Source: Bacillota bacterium
GTDB lineage: Bacteria; Bacillota_I; Bacilli_A; RF39; UBA660
NCBI GenBank assembly: GCA_015059375.1
Contig: SVAN01000002.1
Location: 27,328 to 91,327 of the forward strand
Direction of reading: 5' to 3'
DNA: 64,000 bases
Part shown: one piece after another, positions 30,120 to 39,035 of the stretch
Position numbering within the stretch: position 1 is the stretch's first letter
Layout of the letters: the number at the start of each line of letters is the position of its first letter
Made by a program: the position numbers and the translations under genes
Notes under the pieces: model-generated
Databases searched by the model: none
What the model saw: only the letters and a program-made list of their open reading frames with translations
Told to the model about the DNA's origin: nothing

Positions 30120-30707
30120 TTATTTTTTTCTTGAAAAGGCTACTAAAGCAGCTCCGCCACCTAAAACAACAGCAAAAATACCAAGAATAATTATTGTGTC
30201 ATATTTAGAATTACGATCTTCTTTAATAATTTCTTCCTTAATGCAAGCTTCTCTTAATGTTTCGCTTTTAGATTTGCCATGACTTTGAGCAACTTCCTTT
30301 ACTAAATCAACATATGTTTCATTTTGATATTCTTGCAATGCCGCTTCAATCATTTCTGTACCTAGTGCACTAGTAAAACCGTTTTCTGAATATGAATTAC
30401 CAATAACTATATATGGAACGCCTTGTAGTGTATCCCCCATTTGCTCAGCCACATCATTAAGCAATTCATTATTATAACTGTTTTCCCAAACTTCATAGGC
30501 TTTAACTTCAAAATAATCTGAATACATTCCAGCATTTTGATTAAAATAAGTTAACGCACTACGGCAAAAACTACAACCGTTACCTCTGAAAACGTAAATT
30601 GTTACCTTTTCATGATCAGTAACTGCGGGCAATTCTAATTCATCAGCATGAACATTCATAATTCCCAAAGTCAAAAAACAAACTAGAACTATTATAAACT
30701 TTTTCAT
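30120..30707 (-). CDS. extracytoplasmic thioredoxin-fold protein with C-terminal membrane anchor
   Basis: Signal peptide, CxxC motif (GCSFCRS) and a C-terminal TM helix. Confidence 0.6.
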   Translation of the reverse strand: MKKFIIVLVCFLTLGIMNVHADELELPAVTDHEKVTIYVFRGNGCSFCRSALTYFNQNAGMYSDYFEVKAYEVWENSYNNELLNDVAEQMGDTLQGVPYIVIGNSYSENGFTSALGTEMIEAALQEYQNETYVDLVKEVAQSHGKSKSETLREACIKEEIIKEDRNSKYDTIIILGIFAVVLGGGAALVAFSRKK

Positions 30708-30763
30708 TTTACCTCCTCAAAATATTCTATCATTTTATTAGTTAATTAACAAGTTATAGTGAA

Positions 30764-31450
30764 TCACTCATATCTTTCCAAGCCCACTACGTCATCAACT
30801 GGTAAAGACAAGCATATACCTTTCGCCTCAGTTTTGATTCCTACGCTTTTAGTAATCTCGTCCATTACTTTTTGGCGATCTTTCTCATGTACTATATTAA
30901 AAATAATTTCTCTTTCTGGTTCAATACTTATACCTAAAATTTTTTTAGGAATCATACTGGCTAACTCTCTGCCCTTAATAACTGTCCCACCTAAACAGCC
31001 AGCTCTTTTCACTGCTGTAAGAACACTTTCCAAATATCCTTCTAACACCATCGTAATAAGTAAATGATAAGCACAATTTTTCTTTTCCATTTTTTCTTTT
31101 TTCCCTTCCGCATTTTTCTTTAAAGTATCTGATAAAAATTTATTCGAACTTGAGATAGGCAGCGCAAAAGCGATTCCAGTTCCTTCTTTTTCTAAATTAA
31201 AAGCACCTTTTATTTTTTGAATAACTTTATTCTGGGTTTCATCTAAAATTATCGAAATGTATATACTTTTTTTGGTTTCTACTAAGCCAAAGTAATCTAA
31301 AATACTAGGAGAAGCAGTTCCACTTGCGGATAACACTAGTTTTACTTTAACGCCTAGACGATTCAACAGCGCATTCATTTTTTTATCATATCCCTCGTCT
31401 AAAATAACAAAGAATAGTTTAATATTATTCATATGAAACCTCCCAATCAT
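30764..31450 (-). CDS. tandem P-II-like signal transduction protein
   Basis: Two P-II-like halves. The position downstream of a DUF1538-type membrane protein is the usual context for this family. Confidence 0.5.
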   Translation of the reverse strand: MIGRFHMNNIKLFFVILDEGYDKKMNALLNRLGVKVKLVLSASGTASPSILDYFGLVETKKSIYISIILDETQNKVIQKIKGAFNLEKEGTGIAFALPISSSNKFLSDTLKKNAEGKKEKMEKKNCAYHLLITMVLEGYLESVLTAVKRAGCLGGTVIKGRELASMIPKKILGISIEPEREIIFNIVHEKDRQKVMDEITKSVGIKTEAKGICLSLPVDDVVGLERYE

Positions 31451-32927
31451 ATTCTATTATTGAATCATCATAACTTTCAAAACGTTCGTTGTAATTCATA
31501 CCAATTTGATACAACAAACCTACTATCTCAATTGTTATAATTGGAATCAAAGACACCATCGATGCTAAACCAAATGCATCCTTATAAACATTACCACCTA
31601 TAGCAACACATGCACCTATAGACATTGGAAGCAAAAAGGCTGTTGTTAATGAACCCCCCGTGGCACCACCGGCATCAAATGCAATTGCAGTAAAAACTTT
31701 AGGAATAACAAATGTTAACAAAAAAGCAATACCATATCCAGTGATAACTAAATAAAAAAATGGTGTTTGAGTAAATACTCGTAACATCGACATTCCTGAA
31801 GCAATACTCACTCCTAAAGCCAGAGCAATTTTTAATGCTTTATCAGAAATACCACCGCCAGTATATTCCTTAACCTGATCGATTAAAATTATAACTGCCG
31901 GTTCTGCAATAGCAATAAAAAACGATAATATCATAATAATAAATACTAAAAAATACTTATAATTAGTAGAAGCAAAAAAATTCCCCAAGGCATAACCCAT
32001 ATTTAGAAAACCAACATTGGCGGCCACTAAAAACAATGTCAAACCAATAATCGTTATAACTATTCCAAATAAAATTTTACGCATTTCCATCTTTTTTACA
32101 TTATTAGTAATTATATTATAAATTATAAATACCACTAAAATTGGGCTTATAGCTAAAATAACTTCTTTAAAGCACTTAACTACTTGAATAAAATAATTGG
32201 AAAAAGCAAAACTATGATACAATGAGCTATCAAAAACAATCGTATCTGTTGGGGCATAAAATAGGCCTAATATTAAAACCATAATAATCGGGCCAGTAGA
32301 GCCAAGAGCAATTAAACCAAAGCTATCTTCTTTAGCTTTTTTATCCATTCGATTAGCTACCAACCCCATCCCTAGTGTAAGTAAAAAAGGAATACTAATT
32401 GTCCCGGTTGTTACCCCTCCCGAATCAAATGCAAACGGTATAAATTCTATAGGAACAAAAAAAACTAGCAAAAAGATAATTGCAAAACTAATGATAAGAA
32501 TAACATTTAAATCCCAACCCCAGATAGCACGAGCCGCAGCAATAAGTGTACATATTCCCACACCCAAACTTATTAATAGTATTAGCGTTACACTTGATAT
32601 TGAAGTTATTTGTTCCGCTAAAACCATTAAATCCGGTTCTGCAATTGTTACAAAAGTCCCTATTAACAATCCTACAATTAAAATTAAAGGAATCTTTTTG
32701 CTTTTAACTAAATCCTTACCAATTTTATTACCAATATAAGCAAGGGACAGGTCAGCACCAAAAGTAAATAACGATAAACCAACTATCAATAAAATTGAAC
32801 TTAATAAAAATGATATAATCAAATTTATATCAATTGGAACAAACAAAGATAAAATAAGAACAATAATAACAAGGGGCATTATTGTGTTTATCGCACTAGT
32901 TAAATTTTTTTTTAATTCTTTAATCAT
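31425..32927 (-). CDS. DUF1538-type polytopic membrane protein (duplicated)
   Basis: Two homologous membrane halves (FDSGGVTTG / FDAGGATGG blocks). 500 aa. Confidence 0.6.
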   Translation of the reverse strand: MIKELKKNLTSAINTIMPLVIIVLILSLFVPIDINLIISFLLSSILLIVGLSLFTFGADLSLAYIGNKIGKDLVKSKKIPLILIVGLLIGTFVTIAEPDLMVLAEQITSISSVTLILLISLGVGICTLIAAARAIWGWDLNVILIISFAIIFLLVFFVPIEFIPFAFDSGGVTTGTISIPFLLTLGMGLVANRMDKKAKEDSFGLIALGSTGPIIMVLILGLFYAPTDTIVFDSSLYHSFAFSNYFIQVVKCFKEVILAISPILVVFIIYNIITNNVKKMEMRKILFGIVITIIGLTLFLVAANVGFLNMGYALGNFFASTNYKYFLVFIIMILSFFIAIAEPAVIILIDQVKEYTGGGISDKALKIALALGVSIASGMSMLRVFTQTPFFYLVITGYGIAFLLTFVIPKVFTAIAFDAGGATGGSLTTAFLLPMSIGACVAIGGNVYKDAFGLASMVSLIPIITIEIVGLLYQIGMNYNERFESYDDSIIEYDWEVSYE

Positions 32928-33055
32928 AACTATGTTCCCTATACTATAAATAGTATATCAAAATTAAAAAAGTTAATAAAGATTTATTATTAAAGAACAC
33001 ATATTTTTCATTATTTATTAAAAGTGCTATAATAAATCGTACTAGAGGTGAAAAC

Positions 33056-33529
33056 ATGTTACCATCAGAAGAATTAAGATTACAAATATCTAATAAATAT
33101 AACATAAATTTAGAACAATTTGCTTGGGGAGAAGAATTTAAACGCCAAATTTTTTCTATACCTCTAGATAAACTTTTAGAAACAAACGCCGATAGTTTAG
33201 AAGAAATTTTTATATGCGGTTTTAATATTGGACACTGCGGCCTAACATCTAGATACATTGCAAGAAAATTTAATGATGCAACTCTTTATTATGGAAAAAC
33301 ACCATTATTAATAGGCACTAAAAATTCACCATATGGTGAACACGCTTGGACTATTATAGATAATAATATTATAGATACAACATTGATGATATCAATTCCT
33401 GCAAACATAGCTAAAAATCTTGGATATACTGCTGAAAAAGAAATTGCACCAATTAGTGCCAGAATATTATCTGAATATGATTGTTATAATATGGAATTTG
33501 AATTAAAAAATCGTACTAAATTTAGATAA
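33056..33529 (+). CDS. hypothetical protein with possible papain/transglutaminase-like Cys-His-Asp arrangement
   Basis: GHCGLTS ... GEHAWTIIDNNIID. Extended -10 TGCTATAAT lies upstream. Confidence 0.4.
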   Translation: MLPSEELRLQISNKYNINLEQFAWGEEFKRQIFSIPLDKLLETNADSLEEIFICGFNIGHCGLTSRYIARKFNDATLYYGKTPLLIGTKNSPYGEHAWTIIDNNIIDTTLMISIPANIAKNLGYTAEKEIAPISARILSEYDCYNMEFELKNRTKFR

Positions 33530-33584
33530 CTTTAAAAGTTGCAGTGCTCTGCTTACATAAAGATTAGAATTAAATAACTCCAAC

Positions 33585-33953
33585 TTATATAACAAAGCTT
33601 ATAAAAACTAATAATATAAAGGTTAACATTAATGATATCGCATAATACTGTATAAACTTTACATCACTATCAGTTAAATATTTACCATTTTCTTTTTTTA
33701 ATATTTTTATTTCGCTTCCAACTTTTAGCGGTTTATAATTTAATGTACCACCTTTAAGAATTTCTTTTTTTTTGCCATTTTCTGTAAATTCTATAATCGG
33801 ATGTAAATATCGCCCAATTCTTTTGTATTTTATAAGAGTACCTTTAATTGTATAATTAGCTTCTAAGTTCTTTTTTTGCTTAAGACCTACATAATACAAA
33901 ACGATACCGATTATCAAAATTATAATTGCCATAATTATTAATGTTAAGTTCAT
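33585..33953 (-). CDS. small membrane protein (DUF3592-like architecture)
   Basis: I prefer the ATG at 33953 (RBS aaggaag) over the track start at 34001. TM helix, beta-rich core, then two TM helices. Confidence 0.5.
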   Translation of the reverse strand: MNLTLIIMAIIILIIGIVLYYVGLKQKKNLEANYTIKGTLIKYKRIGRYLHPIIEFTENGKKKEILKGGTLNYKPLKVGSEIKILKKENGKYLTDSDVKFIQYYAISLMLTFILLVFISFVI

Positions 33954-34041
33954 GATACACTTCCTTATATTTATAAAAAAAACTTTGTACTTTCGTACCA
34001 AGTCTTAGATTAACGAACTCATTGGTTCGACTAAATCTCAA

Positions 34042-34115
34042 TGGCAGGGGCGGAGAGAATCGAACTCCCATCAAAAGTTTTGGAGACTCCTATGCTACCA
34101 TTATACCACGCCCCT
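34042..34115 (-). tRNA. tRNA-Trp (anticodon CCA)
   Basis: AGGGGCG...anticodon loop CTCCAAA...GGGAGTTCGATTCTCTC...CGCCCCT-G-CCA, folded by hand. Confidence 0.95.
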
Positions 34116-34209
34116 AAGCGCAATAAAATTATAACACATCTTTTATCAAATATGCAATAAAATCATTAAAAATCGTGAATAATGTTAATATACAAGCATA
34201 TAGTATAAT

Positions 34210-34756
34210 GTAAAAGCGCTGGACATAAGTAACAAAATATGATAACATTTCTACGTGGTGCATTATGCTAGTCACAAACACCATTTGAAGACGGGGCTAA
34301 AAATCCGTCAATTGATTTCGACACTTTGTATGTTTGCTTCTTCGGCCCAAGTTGGGGTGAACATATAATTTTAAATATTAGGGAGAGCGTAATGGCATAC
34401 GACTTTATCCCCTATTATTAGATATCAGAAACTAAAAAATCATGTTGTGCGTGGTTATTAGGGATTAACAAATAAGATAAGTTATGAAATTTTAACTGCA
34501 AAAGCAAATAAGAATGATTAGTTTGTGTCAGAGAAAATCTCTAGCGTGTAGCTTACCATAAGGATTGAAGTACGGACTAATGTGGCAATCGAGTAATCAT
34601 TAAGGCGACTAATGATTATATTCCATAAAGGAGAAATCGCCTAAGGGTAACCAAAGGAAGGTATATAGAGAAACTCAACTCGACCAAAGCCGTAAAATTA
34701 ATTTATGGTAAACCATAGGCTTTAGGCGTTATAACTATGTTTATAACGTTTTTTTA
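34210..34756 (+). ncRNA. large structured non-coding RNA, best guess OLE RNA
   Basis: About 540 nt with no ORF and visibly higher GC than its surroundings. Many local helices (gacgg/ccgtc, ccaa-g-ttgg, agaga/tctct, ggcga/tcgcc, taatcatta/taatgatta). TATAAT at 34204-34209. Ends in cgttataa/ttataacg plus T7. An OapA-like gene follows immediately downstream. Confidence 0.5.
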
Positions 34757-34816
34757 TTGATTAGACAAAAAAAATAAACTATGTTATTATTACTATCGCA
34801 TATTACAGGAGGATAT

Positions 34817-35335
34817 ATGAAAAAGAACACTTGGATTTGCCAAATATTTCTATGGACATTCATTTTATCAATCACATTCAGTTATATAACTAATATTATA
34901 TCAACAAATTCTACAACCATTGTTACTGCCATTATAATTCTTATAGTTATAGCAGTTGGGATTCTTTTCGACATGCTTGGAGCCAGTTGTTTAACTAGTA
35001 AGGAGTCAACATTTCATGCAATGGGTGCAAAAAAAATTAAAGGCGCAAAGCAAGCAATCAAATTAATACGTAACAACGTCAAAGTATCTAGCGTATGTAA
35101 CGATATTGTTGGTGATATTTGTGGAATTATTTCTGGCGGTCTTGGCGCAGTACTAGCAATTGATTTAGCCAATAATTTCGAAATTAATTTAGCCTTTATA
35201 ACAATGATTACTTCAGCAGTTATTTCTGCTTTAACCGTTGGTGGTAAAGCAATGTTTAAAAAAGTAGCAATCAAAAATTCCGATAAAATTTTATTTAGAA
35301 TTAGCAAAATAATTTGTTTTTTCAAAAGAAAATAA
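34817..35335 (+). CDS. DUF21/CNNM-transmembrane-domain-like 4-TM protein, candidate OLE-associated protein OapA
   Basis: Start moved to the ATG after RBS aggagg. KGAKQAIKLIRNN...CNDIVGDICG resembles the DUF21 helix-loop and contains DxxxD. No CBS or CorC domains. Confidence 0.5.
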   Translation: MKKNTWICQIFLWTFILSITFSYITNIISTNSTTIVTAIIILIVIAVGILFDMLGASCLTSKESTFHAMGAKKIKGAKQAIKLIRNNVKVSSVCNDIVGDICGIISGGLGAVLAIDLANNFEINLAFITMITSAVISALTVGGKAMFKKVAIKNSDKILFRISKIICFFKRK

Positions 35336-35375
35336 CACAAACCACAAAGAATCATACTATAAATTAGGTGATTAA

Positions 35376-35795
35376 ATGATTGTTTCTTATACCACTAAAG
35401 ACGTGGAACTCTTAGCAAGGATTATTAGAGCAGAAGCTTTAGCAGAAGGTGATTTAGGCATGCTAATGGTCGGGAATGTAGTCGTTAATCGTGTTTTAGC
35501 ACATTGTTTAACATTTAAAAACATCAATAACATATATGATGCTATTTATCAAAAAAATCAATTTGTTGGTACCCAAAGTTCATTATTCCAAGCTAGTCCT
35601 ACAGCCAAAGAAAAAGAATTAGCTAAAAGGGTTCTCGCTGGAGAATATTATTATCCAGCTACTAATTCACTGTGGTTCTACGCTCCAGGAGCCGCCTCAT
35701 GTAAATCCACTTGGTATAGTCAAAATCTAGCAGGTTCCTATAAAAATCATTGCTTCTATAAACCGGATCCTGGCATTTGTAATACAATTCATTAA
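35376..35795 (+). CDS. SleB/CwlJ-family cell wall (spore cortex) hydrolase domain protein
   Basis: LLARIIRAEALAEGDLGMLMVGNVVVNRV block typical of the Hydrolase_2 family. Confidence 0.8.
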   Translation: MIVSYTTKDVELLARIIRAEALAEGDLGMLMVGNVVVNRVLAHCLTFKNINNIYDAIYQKNQFVGTQSSLFQASPTAKEKELAKRVLAGEYYYPATNSLWFYAPGAASCKSTWYSQNLAGSYKNHCFYKPDPGICNTIH

Positions 35796-35823
35796 AAACA
35801 CATTTTATAAAATGTGTTTTTTT
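35794..35823. terminator. bidirectional terminator between convergent genes
   Basis: Near-perfect palindrome aaaaacacatttt-ata-aaatgtgttttt flanked by A and T runs. Confidence 0.6.
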
Positions 35824-36346
35824 AAATATTTATAAAATCAATTATTTCTCCATCCACTGAATAAATTATAAATTCTTTATTTTCATAAATACAATAACTA
35901 GCTTTGCTACCATATCTTGGTTTAGATATTGAACCAACACAAATATAAACAACATCATTAACCTTTTCAATATACGGACAATGCTCATGACCATAAATTA
36001 TAACTCCGCCAGTTCCTAGAAAACTTAATTTATGATAATTATAACCATCACCATGAGTACAATATATATCTAATCCTTCATCAGTTATTTTCAAGTAATC
36101 ATTTGATACTGCAACCTCTAATCTTTGATAATCAGCAAGGTAATCACAATTTCCTTTTACACATAAAATTTTATCATTATATTCATTAATTAAGCGATCA
36201 ACTTCATTATTATCATTATTCATGCCGTTATGAACATCTGAACTATAAAGGTCTCCTAAAAGAACCAACTTATCAAATTTATGATTTCTAATAACATTTA
36301 GATTAGTAATTACTCCGTGAATATCAGATATAAATAAAATTTTCAT
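35822..36346 (-). CDS. YfcE/MJ0936-family metallophosphoesterase
   Basis: ISDIHG, GDLY, GNCD and GHEH motifs. Confidence 0.8.
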   Translation of the reverse strand: MKILFISDIHGVITNLNVIRNHKFDKLVLLGDLYSSDVHNGMNNDNNEVDRLINEYNDKILCVKGNCDYLADYQRLEVAVSNDYLKITDEGLDIYCTHGDGYNYHKLSFLGTGGVIIYGHEHCPYIEKVNDVVYICVGSISKPRYGSKASYCIYENKEFIIYSVDGEIIDFINI

Positions 36347-36398
36347 ACTACCTCATTTAAATACTATAATAAACTAAAAAAAGATTTTTGCAAATCTT

Positions 36399-37571
36399 TT
36401 AATTTGGAATAGTTAGTTTTTGACCCACACTTAACAAATTACTACTTAAATTATTTAATCTTTTAATTGCATCTACAGTTGTATTATATTTTTTTGCTAT
36501 TGAATACAAATTATCTCCAGAAACCACTACATATGTTACTAGGCTGGTATTCTTAGGAATTTTTAGACTCTGTCCAATAGATAGATTGGTTGTTGATAAA
36601 TTGTTTAAATTTACTAAATTAGATACTGTCGTATTAAACCTACTAGCTATAGCATATAAAGTATCTCCAGATTGCACTATATAAGTAGCAGTATCTACTG
36701 AAGGTGGAATTTTTAACTTCTGTCCTATTGATAAAAACGTTGTTGATAAATTGTTATAATTCATAAGTTCATTAACTGTAACACCAAAATTTTGAGCAAT
36801 ATTATAAAGCGTATCGCCATTTTTGATTGTATATACATCACCATTATCTGAACCTTGAGAGTTAATTACTAATTTTTGACCAATACTTAAAAAATTTGTG
36901 GATAAGTTGTTTAGCGTTTTTAAGTTGGCTACACTTGTGCCCAATTTTTTAGCTATACTCCATAAAGAATCTCCCTTTTGAACAATATAGTAATTCTCTC
37001 CAGGAATAGTATATGCAACTCCGACATATCCTGCCAATGCTTTTACAACCGCTTCCGCAAGAGATTCCCAATTATTTTTTATTTGAGAAACATCATCACC
37101 TGAGCTGTCAGTAAATCCATATTCAACAATTATAGTTTCGTTGTTTGGTGTATCGCGAAGTAAATAGTAATAGTCTTTTGCAGGATTACTAGGTAATCGT
37201 CTTTGATAATATTTTCGAACATTTTGACCAGCGCTTTCAAACTCGTTAGCAATCCTTCGCGATAAGTTATCACTATTTCGAAGAGAATAAATAATTTCTG
37301 CACCATCACCACCACCGGCATTTAAGTGATTAGAAATCACAATTACATCACTACCATTTCCATAAAAACTTTGCACTTTTTTAGGTCGCGTTGTTTGATC
37401 CAACAGCTCATCTGTAGTCCTCGTCATACTATTTTCAATTCCTAACTCATCCAATCTTTTTTTTATATAATTACTAATTTTTAAAGCATATTCTTTTTCA
37501 ACAATACCATTATTTACCGTTCCACTATCAACGCCACCATGCCCTGCGTCAATCACAACTTTTTTTGCCAT
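36399..37571 (-). CDS. N-acetylmuramoyl-L-alanine amidase (Amidase_3) with four LysM repeats
   Basis: VVIDAGHGGVDSG N-terminal domain, plus four copies of Y.V..GD.L..IA......V..L...N.L. Confidence 0.9.
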   Translation of the reverse strand: MAKKVVIDAGHGGVDSGTVNNGIVEKEYALKISNYIKKRLDELGIENSMTRTTDELLDQTTRPKKVQSFYGNGSDVIVISNHLNAGGGDGAEIIYSLRNSDNLSRRIANEFESAGQNVRKYYQRRLPSNPAKDYYYLLRDTPNNETIIVEYGFTDSSGDDVSQIKNNWESLAEAVVKALAGYVGVAYTIPGENYYIVQKGDSLWSIAKKLGTSVANLKTLNNLSTNFLSIGQKLVINSQGSDNGDVYTIKNGDTLYNIAQNFGVTVNELMNYNNLSTTFLSIGQKLKIPPSVDTATYIVQSGDTLYAIASRFNTTVSNLVNLNNLSTTNLSIGQSLKIPKNTSLVTYVVVSGDNLYSIAKKYNTTVDAIKRLNNLSSNLLSVGQKLTIPN

Positions 37572-37633
37572 AAATTATCACCTATGATAATTTATGTTTA
37601 GTTATTTTTTTAGTGAACATATATACTTTAAAG

Positions 37634-37661
37634 CAGAAAAAAACATGTGTTTCCACACGTT
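37634..37661 (-). terminator. terminator of dut
   Basis: aacgtgtg-gaaa-cacatgtt hairpin with T7 on the minus strand. Overlaps the stop codon. Confidence 0.5.
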
Positions 37662-38115
37662 ATTTATCAGTAGAACCAAAACCTCCCATTCTGATTCCGT
37701 TTGCAGCATCGTCATCCGCTAAAAGATATTTTTGAAATATGACCTGACCAATTACATCACCTTTTTTTATAACTAAATCGTTATAACTAAAATTAAAATA
37801 CTGAAAGTAAAAATGTCCGTCATTATTATCATTGCCATAATAATCAGCATCAATTACACCAATGCCATTAGCCATTACAAAACCTTTTTTAGGGCCTGAA
37901 CTTCTGTTAGCTAACATATACCATTCGTCATCTTGGCAATACGCTTTTAACCCTGTAGGTATTAATGTAGGCTTTTGTCCTGGCTTGTATGGTGGTATCA
38001 CAACATCTTCAGCAGCTTCCACATCATATCCAGCAGAAAATTTTGTTTTTCTTACTGGCAAATTAATTTCCTTATCTTCCCAGCCTTTTGCAATCTCAAA
38101 TCCTCTTCGTTTCAT
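37660..38115 (-). CDS. dut: dUTP diphosphatase
   Basis: SAGYDV motif and C-terminal RMGGFGSTDK motif. 151 aa. Confidence 0.85.
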   Translation of the reverse strand: MKRRGFEIAKGWEDKEINLPVRKTKFSAGYDVEAAEDVVIPPYKPGQKPTLIPTGLKAYCQDDEWYMLANRSSGPKKGFVMANGIGVIDADYYGNDNNDGHFYFQYFNFSYNDLVIKKGDVIGQVIFQKYLLADDDAANGIRMGGFGSTDK

Positions 38116-38139
38116 AATTTTAATCTCCCCATTGATTAT

Positions 38140-39033
38140 TTACATTTCATTAATATAGCTCATTGCCAATATCGCAGCTATTGTTCCATCATTTACTGCG
38201 GTCGTTAATTGACGAACATCTTTCGTTCGACAATCACCAGCCACAAAAATTCCTGATTTAACAGTTTTACAATCATCCGACAAAAAGTATCCGTTCGATC
38301 CTAACTCTAACAAATCACTTGCCAACTCATTATTAGGATCTAATCCTATCGATATAAATAAACCTTCTACCTCTATTTTTTTCTGTTTACCATTTTCATC
38401 AACAATAATGCTTTCTAATTCTGCGCCATTTATTTTTTTTATATTAGAATTATATAAAATATCAACATTTGCCATATCTTCAACTTTTTGAAGTAATCTT
38501 TTTTCACATTTTAATTTATCTTTGCGGCATATTAAAAACACTCGTTTGCAAATGTTAGATAAATATATTGCATTCTGAACAGCAGTATTGGCTCCGCCTA
38601 CTACTGCTACATTCTTATTTTTATAAAAAGCTCCATCACACGTTGCACATAAATGAATTCCTTTTCCAAGTAGATCAGATTCATTTTCTAAACCCAATAG
38701 ACGATGACGAGCTCCAGTTGCAATAATAATTGCTTTGGCCTCATATTCACCAATGTCTGTTATAACCTTTTTTATTTTCCCATCAATAATTTTTACAACT
38801 TCCTCAATTTCAAAATCAGCCCCCAAATTAATGGCTTGATTAAAGAAATGATTAGATAATTCTGCACCACTTATTTCTTCGTAGCCAGGATAATTTTCAA
38901 CAACAGGTGACGACGATATTTGCCCACCGATTGTTTCTTTTTCCAAAATTAAAGTTTTTAAATTTGCGCGGCGAGCATAAATGCCTGCAGTTAATCCTGC
39001 AGGCCCTGCTCCGATTATAATTAAATCATACAT
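38140..39033 (-). CDS. trxB: thioredoxin-disulfide reductase
   Basis: GAGPAG FAD motif, redox-active CATCDG and GGANTA NADPH motif. Confidence 0.85.
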   Translation of the reverse strand: MYDLIIIGAGPAGLTAGIYARRANLKTLILEKETIGGQISSSPVVENYPGYEEISGAELSNHFFNQAINLGADFEIEEVVKIIDGKIKKVITDIGEYEAKAIIIATGARHRLLGLENESDLLGKGIHLCATCDGAFYKNKNVAVVGGANTAVQNAIYLSNICKRVFLICRKDKLKCEKRLLQKVEDMANVDILYNSNIKKINGAELESIIVDENGKQKKIEVEGLFISIGLDPNNELASDLLELGSNGYFLSDDCKTVKSGIFVAGDCRTKDVRQLTTAVNDGTIAAILAMSYINEM

Positions 39034-39035
39034 AA

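Noticed and set aside
32944-33258. 104 aa minus-strand ORF
   Set aside because: It overlaps the promoter and 5' part of the better-supported plus-strand gene at 33056-33529, and its composition is not protein-like.
33880-34074. 64 aa minus-strand ORF
   Set aside because: It overlaps the tRNA-Trp gene and the real start region of the 33585-33953 gene, and it has no RBS.
34130-34780. tmRNA or RNase P RNA as the identity of the large non-coding region
   Set aside because: It has a GGGGC...GATTTCGAC-like 5' segment, but no tRNA-like 3' end (no T-arm or CCA acceptor) and no tag ORF, so it is not tmRNA. No GAGGAAAGTCC-type conserved RNase P core is present. It has no group II intron 5' GTGYG or domain V either.
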